Source: Octopus bimaculoides
Lineage: Eukaryota
Assembly (NCBI RefSeq): GCF_001194135.2
Contig: NC_068993.1
Span: 28,039,908 to 28,103,907 of the forward strand
DNA length: 64,000 bases
Direction: 5' to 3'
Positions 49,288-60,836 of the stretch are shown here, one piece after another (within the stretch, counting starts at the first letter, position 1; every line of letters begins with the position of its first letter). The translations under genes were made by a program, and so were the position numbers. The notes beneath the pieces are model-generated. The model was not told the origin of the DNA and ran no database searches. It saw nothing but the letters and a program-made list of their open reading frames with translations.

Positions 49288-49810
49288 AGAAGTGAGGCAT
49301 AAGAGGAATTAGTTGGAGTGTGCAAGAGAGAAGAGCGCACTGGTTTGGTCATGTGATGCGAAAGGCTGCTGACAGGTCCATAAAGAAGTGCTGATCTCTC
49401 AAAGTACATGTAACATATGGAAGGGGAAAACCCAGGAAGACATGGGATGAAGTACTGAAGAATTACCTCAGAATGCTGAACATTTCAGGTGAGATGATAA
49501 AGGAATGAGATGCCTGGCACCTTACTGTATTCAAGAAGACCTGTACTCCAAAGCAGAAGTGTTAAGACTGGTCCCTCTGGTGGTGTAAAGCACTCGTGGC
49601 GATGCCACATAAAAGGACCCATATGGTACCACGTAAAAGCACCCAGTACACCCTGTAAAGTGGTTGGTGTTAGGAAGGGAACCCAGCTGTAGAAGTCATG
49701 CCAAATCAGACTGGAATCTGGTGCAGCTCCCTAGCTTGCCAGCTCTGGTCAAACCACCCAACCCATGCCTACATCGACAGTGGACGTTAAATGATGATGA
49801 TGATGATGAT
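49282..49810 (+). mobile_element. RTE LINE 3' end with (GAT)n tail
   Basis: WFGHVMRK..DRSIKKC..GRGKPRKTWDEVLK, followed by ggacgttaaatgatgatgatgat. Confidence 0.88.
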
Positions 49811-49811
49811 A

Positions 49812-51400
49812 TATCACAGATTTATAATCGCAGCACTCAAATTCATCCTGCTGAACAACTATTTCATGTTCGATACAGCTTACTATCGACAAAAATGTGG
49901 AATTGCAATGGGAACCTGAGCTGCGCCAGTGATGGCGAACCTTGTAATGGGTTACCTAGAGCTTAAAATATATCAATCATCACTACAAAAATATGGCAAC
50001 TCTTTTCATTGCTATTTAAAGGAGAACTGGAAGAGGTATCTGGACGATTGCTTTATACTTTGGCAAGACAGCATGGACAAACTCCTCGATTTCAAAATAA
50101 TGCTTAACAATATTAATAGCAACATACAATTCACTATGGAACACAGCAGTAAACAACTCCNNNNNNNNNNNNNNNNNNNNNNNNNNNNNNNNNNNNNNNN
50201 NNNNNNNNNNNNNNNNNNNNNNNNNNNNNNNNNNNNNNNNNNNNNNNNNNNNNNNNNNNNNNNNNNNNNNNNNNNNNNNNNNNNNNNNNNNNNNNNNNNN
50301 NNNNNNNNNNNNNNNNNNNNNNNNNNNNNNNNNNNNNNNNNNNNNNNNNNNNNNNNNNNNNNNNNNNNNNNNNNNNNNNNNNNNNNNNNNNNNNNNNNNN
50401 NNNNNNNNNNNNNNNNNNNNNNNNNNNNNNNNNNNNNNNNNNNNNNNNNNNNNNNNNNNNNNNNNNNNNNNNNNNNNNNNNNNNNNNNNNNNNNNNNNNN
50501 NNNNNNNNNNNNNNNNNNNNNNNNNNNNNNNNNNNNNNNNNNNNNNNNNNNNNNNNNNNNNNNNNNNNNNNNNNNNNNNNNNNNNNNNNNNNNNNNNNNN
50601 NNNNNNNNNNNNNNNNNNNNNNNNNNNNNNNNNNNNNNNNNNNNNNNNNNNNNNNNNNNNNNNNNNNNNNNNNNNNNNNNNNNNNNNNNNNNNNNNNNNN
50701 NNNNNNNNNNNNNNNNNNNNNNNNNNNNGGGACTTGCCCCCACCTTTTGGAGGGTTCTGAGTTCCACTTTAAACAAGGTGAAATCTTTAAGATTAAATCA
50801 AATTTCACCTGTGCCTCGGAAAATCTAATCTATGCCATTACATGCTTAGGGTGCAGTAATTATTATATTGGCCAAACAGGAATTTCACTCCATAGAAGAA
50901 CTACTCTCCACAAAGAACAAATCCGCCACCCACATTACAGACAGATACAGGTCAGTAGACACATAGAAAGGTGTGCGAGGAATCTTAATCCTAATTTCCT
51001 AATTTTTCCCTTCTATCAATGTTCACAGAACACGTCTACACAACAAAGAATGAATAAAGAGGCATTTTTCATTAATAAATATCTTCCTCAACTAAATATA
51101 AACACATAATATCATATAGAACACCACTAATCTTCCATTTAATATCACTAACCCCCATACATCCCATACACCATTCACATTACAAATCCAGATTACCCTA
51201 ATGGCACCAAATCCAGAACTACTTACCTCTCTTACACATAATCTTTTTACTAAGGGACTAATAGACTTGACACCGTTCAGAATTCGGTGTATACTCAAAG
51301 CAATGAATGGTATTACTACGAAACCGGTATGCTTGTAAATCTCTTTAATAACTCACAATAATGACTTTTTTTACCTTTATTCCTACCTCAGTTCATCTAA
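49812..51400 (+). mobile_element. Penelope-like retroelement (RT plus GIY-YIG endonuclease), 5'-truncated, middle in an N gap
   Basis: LNNYFMFD..YYRQKCGIAMGT*AAPVMANLVMGYLE...WKRYLDDCF; FTCASENLIYAITCLGCSNYYIGQT...RHIERC...KEAFFINKYLPQLN. Confidence 0.93.
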
Positions 51401-52103
51401 TTGTATATATATATCGTTACTTTTCATAAAAAGCCTTACCTTCTTTTTGATTTTCGATGTGCATTTTCTCTTATTTTTCTNNNNNNNNNNNNNNNNNNNN
51501 NNNNNNNNNNNNNNNNNNNNNNNNNNNNNNNNNNNNNNNNNNNNNNNNNNNNNNNNNNNNNNNNNNNNNNNNNNNNNNNNNNNNNNNNNNNNNNNNNNNN
51601 NNNNNNNNNNNNNNNNNNNNNNNNNNNNNNNNNNNNNNNNNNNNNNNNNNNNNNNNNNNNNNNNNNNNNTGAGGAATGGAGGGAAAAGTGAGAGAGAGAG
51701 AGTGTGTGTGTGTGTGTGTGAGTGTGTGTGTTTTTGTGTTGGTGTGTGTGTCTGTGTGTGTGCGTGTGTGTGTCGATGGGAACGAGAAAAGAAGAAAATT
51801 GTGTTTATAGCTGGTCAGTTCTTTTCAATGATAAGTTTATTCTTGGCCTTTTAAAGAAAAGGAAAAAACCAGGTGACATGTTTTTCTAATTCATAATTGT
51901 AAATTTTTACCATTGATAAACAAAAAATATTGTTGAAACTAGTTTGGTATATATGTAAATAAATTTATTTCAAAACAATTACAAGTTTTTCAAATTTAGG
52001 TGCATTTTCAACAACAAATTTGTCTATACATATAGGGTTGGATGAGTGCTGAAGAAAGGGCAACAACCCCCGAAATATGACATACACTCATTAACCACTT
52101 TTA

Positions 52104-52501
52104 GGCACAGGAGTGGCTGTGTGGTAAGTAGCTCGCTTACCAACCACATGGTTGCAGGTTCAATCTTACTGTGTGGCACCTTTGACAAGTGTCTTCTACT
52201 ATAGCCTCGGGCCAACCAAAGCCTTGTGAGTGAATTTGGTAGACAGAAACTGAAAGAAGTCCATCGTATATGTGTGTGTGAATGTGTTTGTACCCCCAAC
52301 ATCACTTGACAACTGATGATGCTGTGTTTACGTCCTGGTAACTTAGCAGTTTGGCAAAAGTGATGACAGAATAAATATGAGGCTAGGCTTACAAAGAATA
52401 ATTTCTGGGGTCTATTTGCTTGACTAAAGGCAGTGCTCCAGTATGACTGCAGTAAAATGACTGAAACAAGTAAAAGAGTAAAATAAATAAATAAATAAAT
52501 A

Positions 52502-52539
<38 letters not shown>

Positions 52540-52748
52540 CACTCTTTTACTTGTTTCAGTCATTTGACTATGGCCATGCTGGAAAACTGCCTTTAGTTGA
52601 GCAAACTGACCCCAGGACTTATTCTTTGTAAGCCTAGTACTTATTCTATCGGTCTCTTTTGCTCAACCGCTAAGTTACGGGGATGTAAACACACCAGCAC
52701 TGGCTGTCAAGTGATGTTGGGGGGACAAACACAGACACCCAAACATAT

Positions 52749-52800
<52 letters not shown>

Positions 52801-52925
52801 CAGGCTTCTTTCGGTTTCTGTCTACTAAATCCACTCACAAGGCTTTGGTCATCCCGAGGCTATAGTAGAAGACACTTGCCCAAGGTGCTACACAGTGGGA
52901 CTGAACCTGGAACCATGTGGTTGAT
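52104..52925. mobile_element. Tail-to-tail inverted pair of family-A SINEs around an (AAAT)/(AT) spacer
   Basis: Plus copy 52104-52480; minus copy 52541-52925. Confidence 0.92.
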
Positions 52926-53249
52926 ATAAGATGTGATTCTTTTTTCAGCTTATCAAGCTTCAATATGGGAAAAGCCTAGAGTGTTTGATGCTGATAAATT
53001 ATTATTATTCCTGAACTTTATTTTTTATACCTACCACAGACTGCTCAAAGCTTTCAAACTTCCTACACTAAGATCCATGTTGTTGCTGAACCTCAAGTCA
53101 GTTCTCATCAAGTGGACCCTTTGGTCAAAAGCATTTCAGCTGTGGCTATCCTGTCTGATTTTCAGACACTGTCTATCAAGAAATACATTAATCATGAAGC
53201 TCTCTTTTTAAGGTAGTAAGATGAATTTCTATTTCTAACAGGTTACTAG

Positions 53250-53480
53250 TGAAGATATAGGATAGCAGTCAAGGTGTGTGTGTGTGCGTGCGCGTGCGCA
53301 CATATGTGTGTGTCCCTGTTTATGTTTATACTCTAACTTAGCGGTTTGAGAATAAGAATCATTGAAATAGAAATATATCAATGTAAATAGAAATATTGGT
53401 GTTGATATAATCAAATTCCTTGAAGGCAATGCCCCAGCATGGTTACAGTCCAATGAATAAAATTGACAAAAGAATAGTAT
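53250..53480 (+). mobile_element. Decayed family-A SINE 3' half
   Basis: cttagcggtttgagaataaga...gaaggcaatgccccagcatggttacagtcc. Confidence 0.6.
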
Positions 53481-55053
53481 AAGAACACAAGACATCAAAA
53501 CAAAATAAACAAAACCAAAACATTGCAGACTATCAGGAGTCCTTTAACTCCATCTCTACTACTGGTGCTATTGAAATGGCTGGGGAAAGAATGAAGAAGG
53601 AAAAATTGCTACCTTACACACACACACACACCCAGCTTATTATATTACATGTATTGTTTGGTAAATAGTGATGTTTATTTAGAACATGGGATAGTCAAAA
53701 ATTTCAGGAAGTAGAATTTTGATACACTTAGACATTTTAGATACACACAAAAGTGAATATGAGTTGAATGAAACCCTGTTTAGAACAGTCAAATATTCAT
53801 GAATACACATACATGCACTCGCACACATTACATATGAACATAATGTATATTTGCAATACAAACACATAGATATCATACAGGAAGCACTACTCATCTATCA
53901 TCTAGAACAACACTACTGTTATGCACACACAGATGCATACACATCCTTGATTTCATTTGTAAATAGGCCATGAGGTTCATTGGCTAGATTTACACATCCA
54001 TATAACCCAAAATAAATACATGAATTGTTTCTACTGCTACTATATCAGTTTCTGCTCCAGTGATGCAGCAGCCTGTAGTTACCCTACTACACCGCAGCCC
54101 AATAATACTCCCCTTTTTGTTATCCTTACTTTGTCTTCACAACAGATTCTTCACTAACCTTTTACTCTGCCCCAGAATCATTTCCCCAGGAAATTATTTC
54201 ATTCCCCTCATTTCATTTTTACAAATGACAACTTACAGAAGTGCAAAGTGAACTGAAAACATCTCACCAAAGGGTGCTGTTCTTCCATCCCTCTTTTCTT
54301 CTGGAGAGAAGTAATAAATAAGTTTTATAAAAATTCTTTAAATGAAGGTTAATTTAATAGTGCAATACAGCTTCCTGAAACAGACGTTTAAAGAAAGATT
54401 ATAAGCACTAACCCCATCCCCTCCACCAACTAATTAATAATTATGTCAATATGGAAGCCTCTGTGTGGAGGACCAATGGGGTAGAAATAGCAGCCACACT
54501 TCCTTCAAATCACAACCTACTGTCTTAAAAAAGAAAGAAAGACATAATAGAGAACTATAACACTATGTTTGAATATATGATGGGATGGTCACAGCTGGAA
54601 TGACTTCCATCATTACACTGTACTGATGGTACAACAAATTGATAATTTCTAGCATAGCCATAATGTCACTGGTTTGTGAGGCTGAAAAGAGAAGCTCATT
54701 TAATTAATTTTAATGAATTCCACAGAGGCTGTTTTATTAACTCTAGTATAATTGAAGGTATAATTGTTACGAGTGGAAATTGAACTTGAAATGTAAAGGC
54801 ATGTGACTAATTACTGCAAAACATTTTGTCTGATGTGCTAATGATTATGTCATTCAACAGGCCTCCTTTAGCTAATTAAAGAAAATTAAAATATAAAATA
54901 CAAAGATATACATATACAAGTTAAATTTCTATTTATATGTTTTTCTCTTTTCATGGAAGATTGGAAACAAAAAACACTACTTGCATGATGATGGCACATA
55001 TATACAACTATTGCTGACATTCAAGGGAAGGAGACAGTAACATACATACATGT

Positions 55054-55079
<26 letters not shown>

Positions 55080-55085
<6 letters not shown>

Positions 55086-55235
55086 CAGGCTTGCTTCTGT
55101 TCCTTTCTATCAAATCTACTCACAGTTTTGGTTGGCAGGTTGGACAGAGACTATAGTAGAAGATACTTGCCCAAGATGCCATGCTGTGGGATTGAACCTG
55201 AAACCATGAGGTTGGGAAGCAAATTTCTTACCATG
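55080..55235 (-). mobile_element. Family-A SINE head fragment
   Basis: gactatagtagaagatacttgcccaagatgccatgctgtggg. Confidence 0.75.
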
Positions 55236-55458
55236 AATATATATAATCTGAGCAATGATTTTCCCAACTACCATTTTTGTCAATGTCTTGAAGAAGAAGT
55301 CATAACACCAAAATATAGTAATACAAGGTAAAACTGCAACTTTGTTTTCTTTTCTTTTCCAGTTTACTTTTTACCTTCTCGTACTGCCTTACACAATAAA
55401 TCGCTTTAATACACACACACATTTTATCTTTTACTTGTTTCAGTCATATTGACTGCAT

Positions 55459-56213
55459 TTGCACTAAGTTTTAATGTTTTAGCTCGCTTCCACTGTTTCT
55501 AGCGTGTGATCATTGCATTGACCATGACAGAGAAAGTTGAGCAGAGAATCTGCATCAAATTTTGCCAAAAGCTTGGCGATACCTGCTCAGAGGCCTATGC
55601 AAAGTTTTCAAAAAGTTTTCATTGCTCTCAATACAATCAAGGAGATATTGTGCAACTGAAACCTGAGTGTCTTTTTGGTCAGCTGAAGGCAGTTTTGGCA
55701 CAAACTTGGCAGACACACGTCTCATAACCAAATCTTCAGTTATAATGGACTGAACTGAACCATAATTCATCTGCACATACTCTGATAGTTCACGGATGGT
55801 GATTCGATGATTTCCATTCACAGCTGCATGCACATCTACGATGTTTTTCTCAGTTCTGCTGGTTGCTGGTCTCCCAGAACATTCGTCCATGTCAACATTT
55901 TTTTGGCCATCCTAGAAACGTCTAAATCACTCATACATTCCTCTCCATACACTTTCTGCAACTTTGTGCAGACCTCTGAGCAGGTATCGCCATGACAACT
56001 TTCTCTGTCATGGTCAATGCGATGATCACAAGCTACACACCTTCCTTCCAATCACTGGTGTAAACAGCAGAAGCGAGCTAGAACATTAAAACTTAGTGCA
56101 CATGTACAGCAGAGTTCGAGGTCAATCTTTGCCAAGTGACTTCACTCTGTGTGCTTTAGCTTCATTGCTTTGGCAACAGTCCAGATACTTATTGATCAGA
56201 CCATCTGACCTCG
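55459..56213. mobile_element. Fold-back of two mariner 5' halves (plus 55459-55615, minus 56213-55620) lying inside a family-A SINE
   Basis: Plus: MTEKVEQRICIKFCQKLGDTCSEAYAK. Minus: SGRPATSRTEKNI..RITIRELSE...RRVSAKFVPKL. TIR cgaggtc..tgatcaataagtatctggactg ends at TA 56214-56215. SINE pieces flank both sides (55425-55458, 56216-56300). Confidence 0.85.
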
Positions 56214-56305
56214 TATATATATATATGATGAACTTCTTTCAGTTTCTATCTACCAAATCCACTCACATAGCTTTGGTTGGCTCAAGGCTATAGTAGAACT
56301 GTGCT

Positions 56306-56364
<59 letters not shown>

Positions 56365-56529
56365 CATGTAGCTACATCTATAAATCATCAAAAAACATAA
56401 CTTGCAGTATTTGGTTAAGTCACTTAATATTTCTGAGTTCAAATCCAACTCAGGTCAACTGTAATTTACCTCTTTCTAAAGTAGTTAAAATAAGTAACAA
56501 CTAAACACAAAAATGAGGTTCTGTTTCAT

Positions 56530-56720
56530 CCATGATGGTGCCATGTAAAAAACATCCACTACACTGTGTGAAGTGTTCAGCATTAGGAAGGATATCCAAC
56601 TATAGAAACCATGCCAAAACAGATGACAGGAGCTTGGTGCAGGCCTCCTCTATTTACCAGCACCTGTCAAACCATCCAACCCATGCCAGCATGGATAACA
56701 AATGTTAAACAATGATGATG
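56530..56720 (+). mobile_element. RTE-type 3' tail
   Basis: ccatccaacccatgccagcatggataacaaatgttaaacaatgatgatg. Confidence 0.75.
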
Positions 56721-56789
56721 ATTCTAGAAGGCAGTGCCCAGTATGGCCACTTTGTAGTGACTGAAACAAATATATGCATACATAAATGT

Positions 56790-57095
56790 GTGGAGTGGAG
56801 TGGAAGCTTTTGAGGAGGCCAGGATGACACATGCAAGACTCGAGAGATTTAAAAAAGAATGTTGCGATTGAGAAGGTGAATCTTAGTGACCTTTTGTGTG
56901 CACAGTTTGTGACAGACCGTGCCTTTCTTTTGCTGGGTTCAAATCTCATTTGCAGAGCTATGAAAATGAACCACTGGCAACTACTCAGCCTATATATCTG
57001 TGCACACCTTTCAATGCCATGTATGCCATAAGGCCTACAAATTTAACAGAGGCCTCAAAAGACATTTTAAGATCCACAAAGGTCAGAACTTAACT
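56790..57095 (+). mobile_element. LINE (RTE/BovB-like) C-terminal fragment with two C2H2-like fingers
   Basis: GVEAFEEARMTHARL..; CTVCDRPCLSFAGFKSHLQS; CHVCHKAYKFNRGLKRHFKIH across frameshifts. Confidence 0.65.
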
Positions 57096-57310
57096 GCAGT
57101 TCTTGGTGGTTCAAATTAGATATGTAATCTATGTGGGTGTCTTTTCAATACATTCTCTAGTCTAAAAAGCCACATCAGATACCATCACAGGTGATTTAAA
57201 TGATTAGGTACACTAGATAAGTGCTGTAGCGGATTACTGGGGCTCCAAGGTTATAGCCGAGATGGTAGTTATGGAGCCATTGCAGATTCCTGATGCAGCG
57301 GATATATAAT

Positions 57311-57560
57311 TGTTAAACAGGACAACAAATATTAAGGCAAGGCAAACATCTCAAGCCATATACAATATTATTATAGGAAGAAATTCAAAATCTTACAGCT
57401 GTTTCTGGGATATCCCCGAGTATGGGATATTCCATCATTAGAGACAATTTTCCCTATTTGTCTCTGATGGCGGAATATCACATAAACAGCTCTAAGATTT
57501 TGAATTTCTTCCTACAATAATATTGTATATGACTTGAGATGTTTGCTGTCCTGTTTAACA
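57311..57560. repeat. 250-bp palindrome made of two inverted hammerhead-bearing (Penelope-like) termini
   Basis: Arms pair over more than 60 bp, plus terminal tgttaaacaggaca/tgtcctgtttaaca. Confidence 0.85.
57391..57446 (-). ncRNA. Degenerate minimal type I hammerhead ribozyme
   Basis: UGUCU-CUAAUGA-UGGAAUAUCCC(AUACUCG)GGGAUAUCCCA-GAAA-CAGCUG-UA-AGA. Stem I of 3-4 bp, 11-bp stem II, palindromic stem III and GUA site; G5 is mutated to A. Confidence 0.6.
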
Positions 57561-59800
57561 TCATCATAATCATCCATGCTGGCATGGGCTGGACAGTTTT
57601 ACTGAGGGCTGGCAAGCCAGAAGGCTGCACCAGGCCCTAATCTAATTTGGCAGAGTTTCTACAGCAGGATGCCCTTCCTAACGCCAACCACATTGAGAGT
57701 GCCACTGGCACGAGGGTCAGTCAGGCAGTACTGGTATTGACCATACTTGAATGGTGCTTTTTATGTGCCACCGGCACGGGAAGCAGTCAGGCAGCACTGT
57801 CAACAACTACGCTCGAATGGTGCTTTTTACATGCCACCTGCATGGGACCAGTCAGCCGGCACTGTCATCGACTACGCTCGAATGGGGCTTTTTACGTGCC
57901 ACTGGCATGGGAGCCAGTCAGGCGGCTCTAGCATTGACCATGCTCAAATGGTGCTTTTTACATGCCATCAGCACAAGTGCCAATCAGGCGGTACTGTCAT
58001 CCGCCACAACAATTACTTCACTTGACTCAACAGATCTTCACAAGTGCAGTTTATTGCCCAATGATTGAAGGGTACTCTTAAATGGGCTGGTTATGCTGCA
58101 CTGGCATAGGCCATGGTTATGGTCTCATTGGCTTGCCGGGTCTTCTCAAATACAGCATATCTCCAAAGGTTATCGCCTCTGTGAGGCCCAATCTTTGAAG
58201 GTTGTGCTTCACCACCTCATCCCAGGTCTTCCTGGGTCTACCTCTTCCACAGGTTCCCTCTACTGCTACANNNNNNNNNNCACCTCATCCCAGGTCTTCC
58301 TGGGTCTACCTCTTCCACAGGTTCCCTCTACTGCTACAGTGTGACACATTTTCACACAGCTGTCCTCATCCATACGCAACACATGACCATACCAGCACAG
58401 TCGTCTCTCACAGTCATCTGTCGTGTATGCACACTGACATCACACTTCCAGTAGACCATAATAGCTTCATTCCTTGCAAGCTTACGCATATCCTCAGCAG
58501 TCACGGCCCATGTTTCATTGCCATGTAGCATGGCTGTTCACACACTTGCATCATACAGTCTACCTTTTACTCTAAGTGAGAGGCCCTTTGTCACCAGCAG
58601 AGGTAGGAGCTCTCTGAAGTTTGCCCATGCTATTCTTATTCTAGCAGCTACACTCTCAGAGCATCTACCTCCGATTTGTGATTTGTCTGCCTTCCTACTT
58701 ATTAAGACTTTGGTTTTTGCTGTATTGACTCTAAGGCCCTTCAATTCTAGACCTTGCTCCACACCTGAAACTTCTCCTCTAGTTCTGATAGTGACTCAGC
58801 AATTAGAGCAAAGTCAGCAGCATAGAGGAGCTCCCAGGGGCATCCTGTCTTGAATTCCTGTTATTGCCTGGAGGACTATGATGAATAAGAGGGGGCTGAG
58901 GACTGATCCTTGGTGGACTGCTACCAGGAATTCTTCACTATACTCACAGCCAACTCTCACCTTACTAACAGCATCCCTGTATATGGCTTGCACAGCTCTC
59001 ACTAACCACTCATCTATCCCTCAGTTTCCACATTGACCACCAGGTAAGGGATCGAGGGGACCCTATCAAATGCTTTCTCCATGTCAACGAAAGTGAGGCA
59101 CAGAGGTTTATCTTTGGCTAAGTGTTTCTCCTGCAGCTGTTTTACCAGAAATATAGTATCAGTGCTACTTTTCCCTGGCACAAACCCAAACTGCATCTCA
59201 TCTAAATTGACTCTGTCCCTCATAAGTTGGGCTATGACCCTCTCCGTAACTTTCATTACCTGATCCAACAACTTGATACCTCTATAATTATTCGTATCTA
59301 ATGCATCACCTTTACCTTTGTAGTAGTTGACTATGGTGATACTACACCAGTCACTGGGTATGACTCCTTCATGTATCACTTGATTGACTACATGAGTGAC
59401 TATAGCCGACACTGCCAGATATTTGAACCATCTCTGTGGTGATCCCTGATGCGCCAGGGGCTTTTCCTGTCTTCATACCCTTAATTGCTTTATCTACTAA
59501 GGTCAGTTTGGATAGCCGGTGCCTCTGTTGGGTCAACATTCAGATGACTCTTTCTCCCATTCATTCTCTTCATCTAGCAAGCCTCATTAAATGCAAGTGA
59601 GCCATCATCCATGTGAACACATTTCTCAGCCCCCACGATGCAGAACATTGGCAAATTTTTTCTTATCTGCCTCCCTTCTGGCTAAGTAAATCTGTCTCCT
59701 AGCCTCCCTTCTGGCAATCTGATACAATTCCTTGCAAACACCACACTTCCAGTCCTTCCATGGCTATTAACTTCCCAATCTCCATTTTCTTCTTCTTTTC
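57561..59800 (-). mobile_element. RTE LINE (RT to tail), decayed with internal deletions
   Basis: IPSDWCS..YKGKGDALDTNNYRGIKLLDQVMKVTERVIAQLMRDRVNLDEMQFGFVPGKS..FVDMEKAFDRVP; QGSVLSPLLF; RIRIAWANFRELLP. The 3'UTR has a 65-66 bp unit x4-5 (57700-58010). Confidence 0.93.
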
Positions 59801-60836
59801 AATGAATATAAACTATACACGCGCACACACACACACAATATTCTTTACAATTTGTTCCAGAACAATCCAGGGAAACACCATTATCACCAGTATATAAATG
59901 TAAACCCTCTTGATTTGAAACCTGCTTGATAAGTGCCAATGCACGAAACTCTCAGCCCTTGAGTCACTCTGCAACTTTAAATTATTGTAAATAAAAAATA
60001 CATAAATACTCATGTTTTGAGTATTTACGGGTTTATATATGTATATAATATATATANNNNNNNNNNNNNNNNNNNNNNNNNNNNNNNNNNNNNNNNNNNN
60101 NNNNNNNNNNNNNNNNNNNNNNNNNNNNNNNNNNNNNNNNNNNNNNNNNNNNNNNNNNNNNNNNNNNNNNNNNNNNNNNNNNNNNNNNNNNNNNNNNNNN
60201 NNNNNNNNNNNNNNNNNNNNNNNNNNNNNNNNNNNNNNNNNNNNNNNNNNNNNNNNNNNNNNNNNNNNNNNNNNNNNNNNNNNNNNNNNNNNNNNNNNNN
60301 NNNNNNNNNNNNNNNNNNNNNNNNNNNNNNNNNNNNNNNNNNNNNNNNNNNNNNNNNNNNNNNNNNNNNNNNNNNNNNNNNNNNNNNNNNNNNNNNNNNN
60401 NNNNNNNNNNNNNNNNNNNNNNNNNNNNNNNNNNNNNNNNNNNNNNNNNGTGCATTGGCACTTATATATATATATATATATATATATGTTTATAAAAAAG
60501 TAAATATGTGAAGTATTATTACTGTTAAAGCTAGCAAGACTTCTACCTAAACAGGTATAATATAAAATATTTGAAGAAAAGAAGGGTAAAAATGCCACTT
60601 GCTAAAAATCAAAGCAAAAGCTTCAAAAAACCACCGATTCTACGATAGATACATACATGAGCATGAATATTTTAAAAAATAGGCCTACCTTCAGGATGGA
60701 ATATGAAGGCAGCTAATACATAAGTAAGAGATTGAATATTTCCAACATAGTATTATTTAATCAGTAAGAAATTAGCATCTTTCCAAAAACCTGATTTAAT
60801 ATTATAAGAAACGAACATCAAATGGTGCTTACAGAA

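Noticed and set aside
57700-58010. CRISPR-like regular spacing
   Set aside because: The whole unit repeats with no unique spacers, and it lies in a eukaryotic LINE 3'UTR.
58210-58338. 58-bp direct repeat either side of a 10-N gap
   Set aside because: An exact duplication at a gap indicates a scaffolding artefact.
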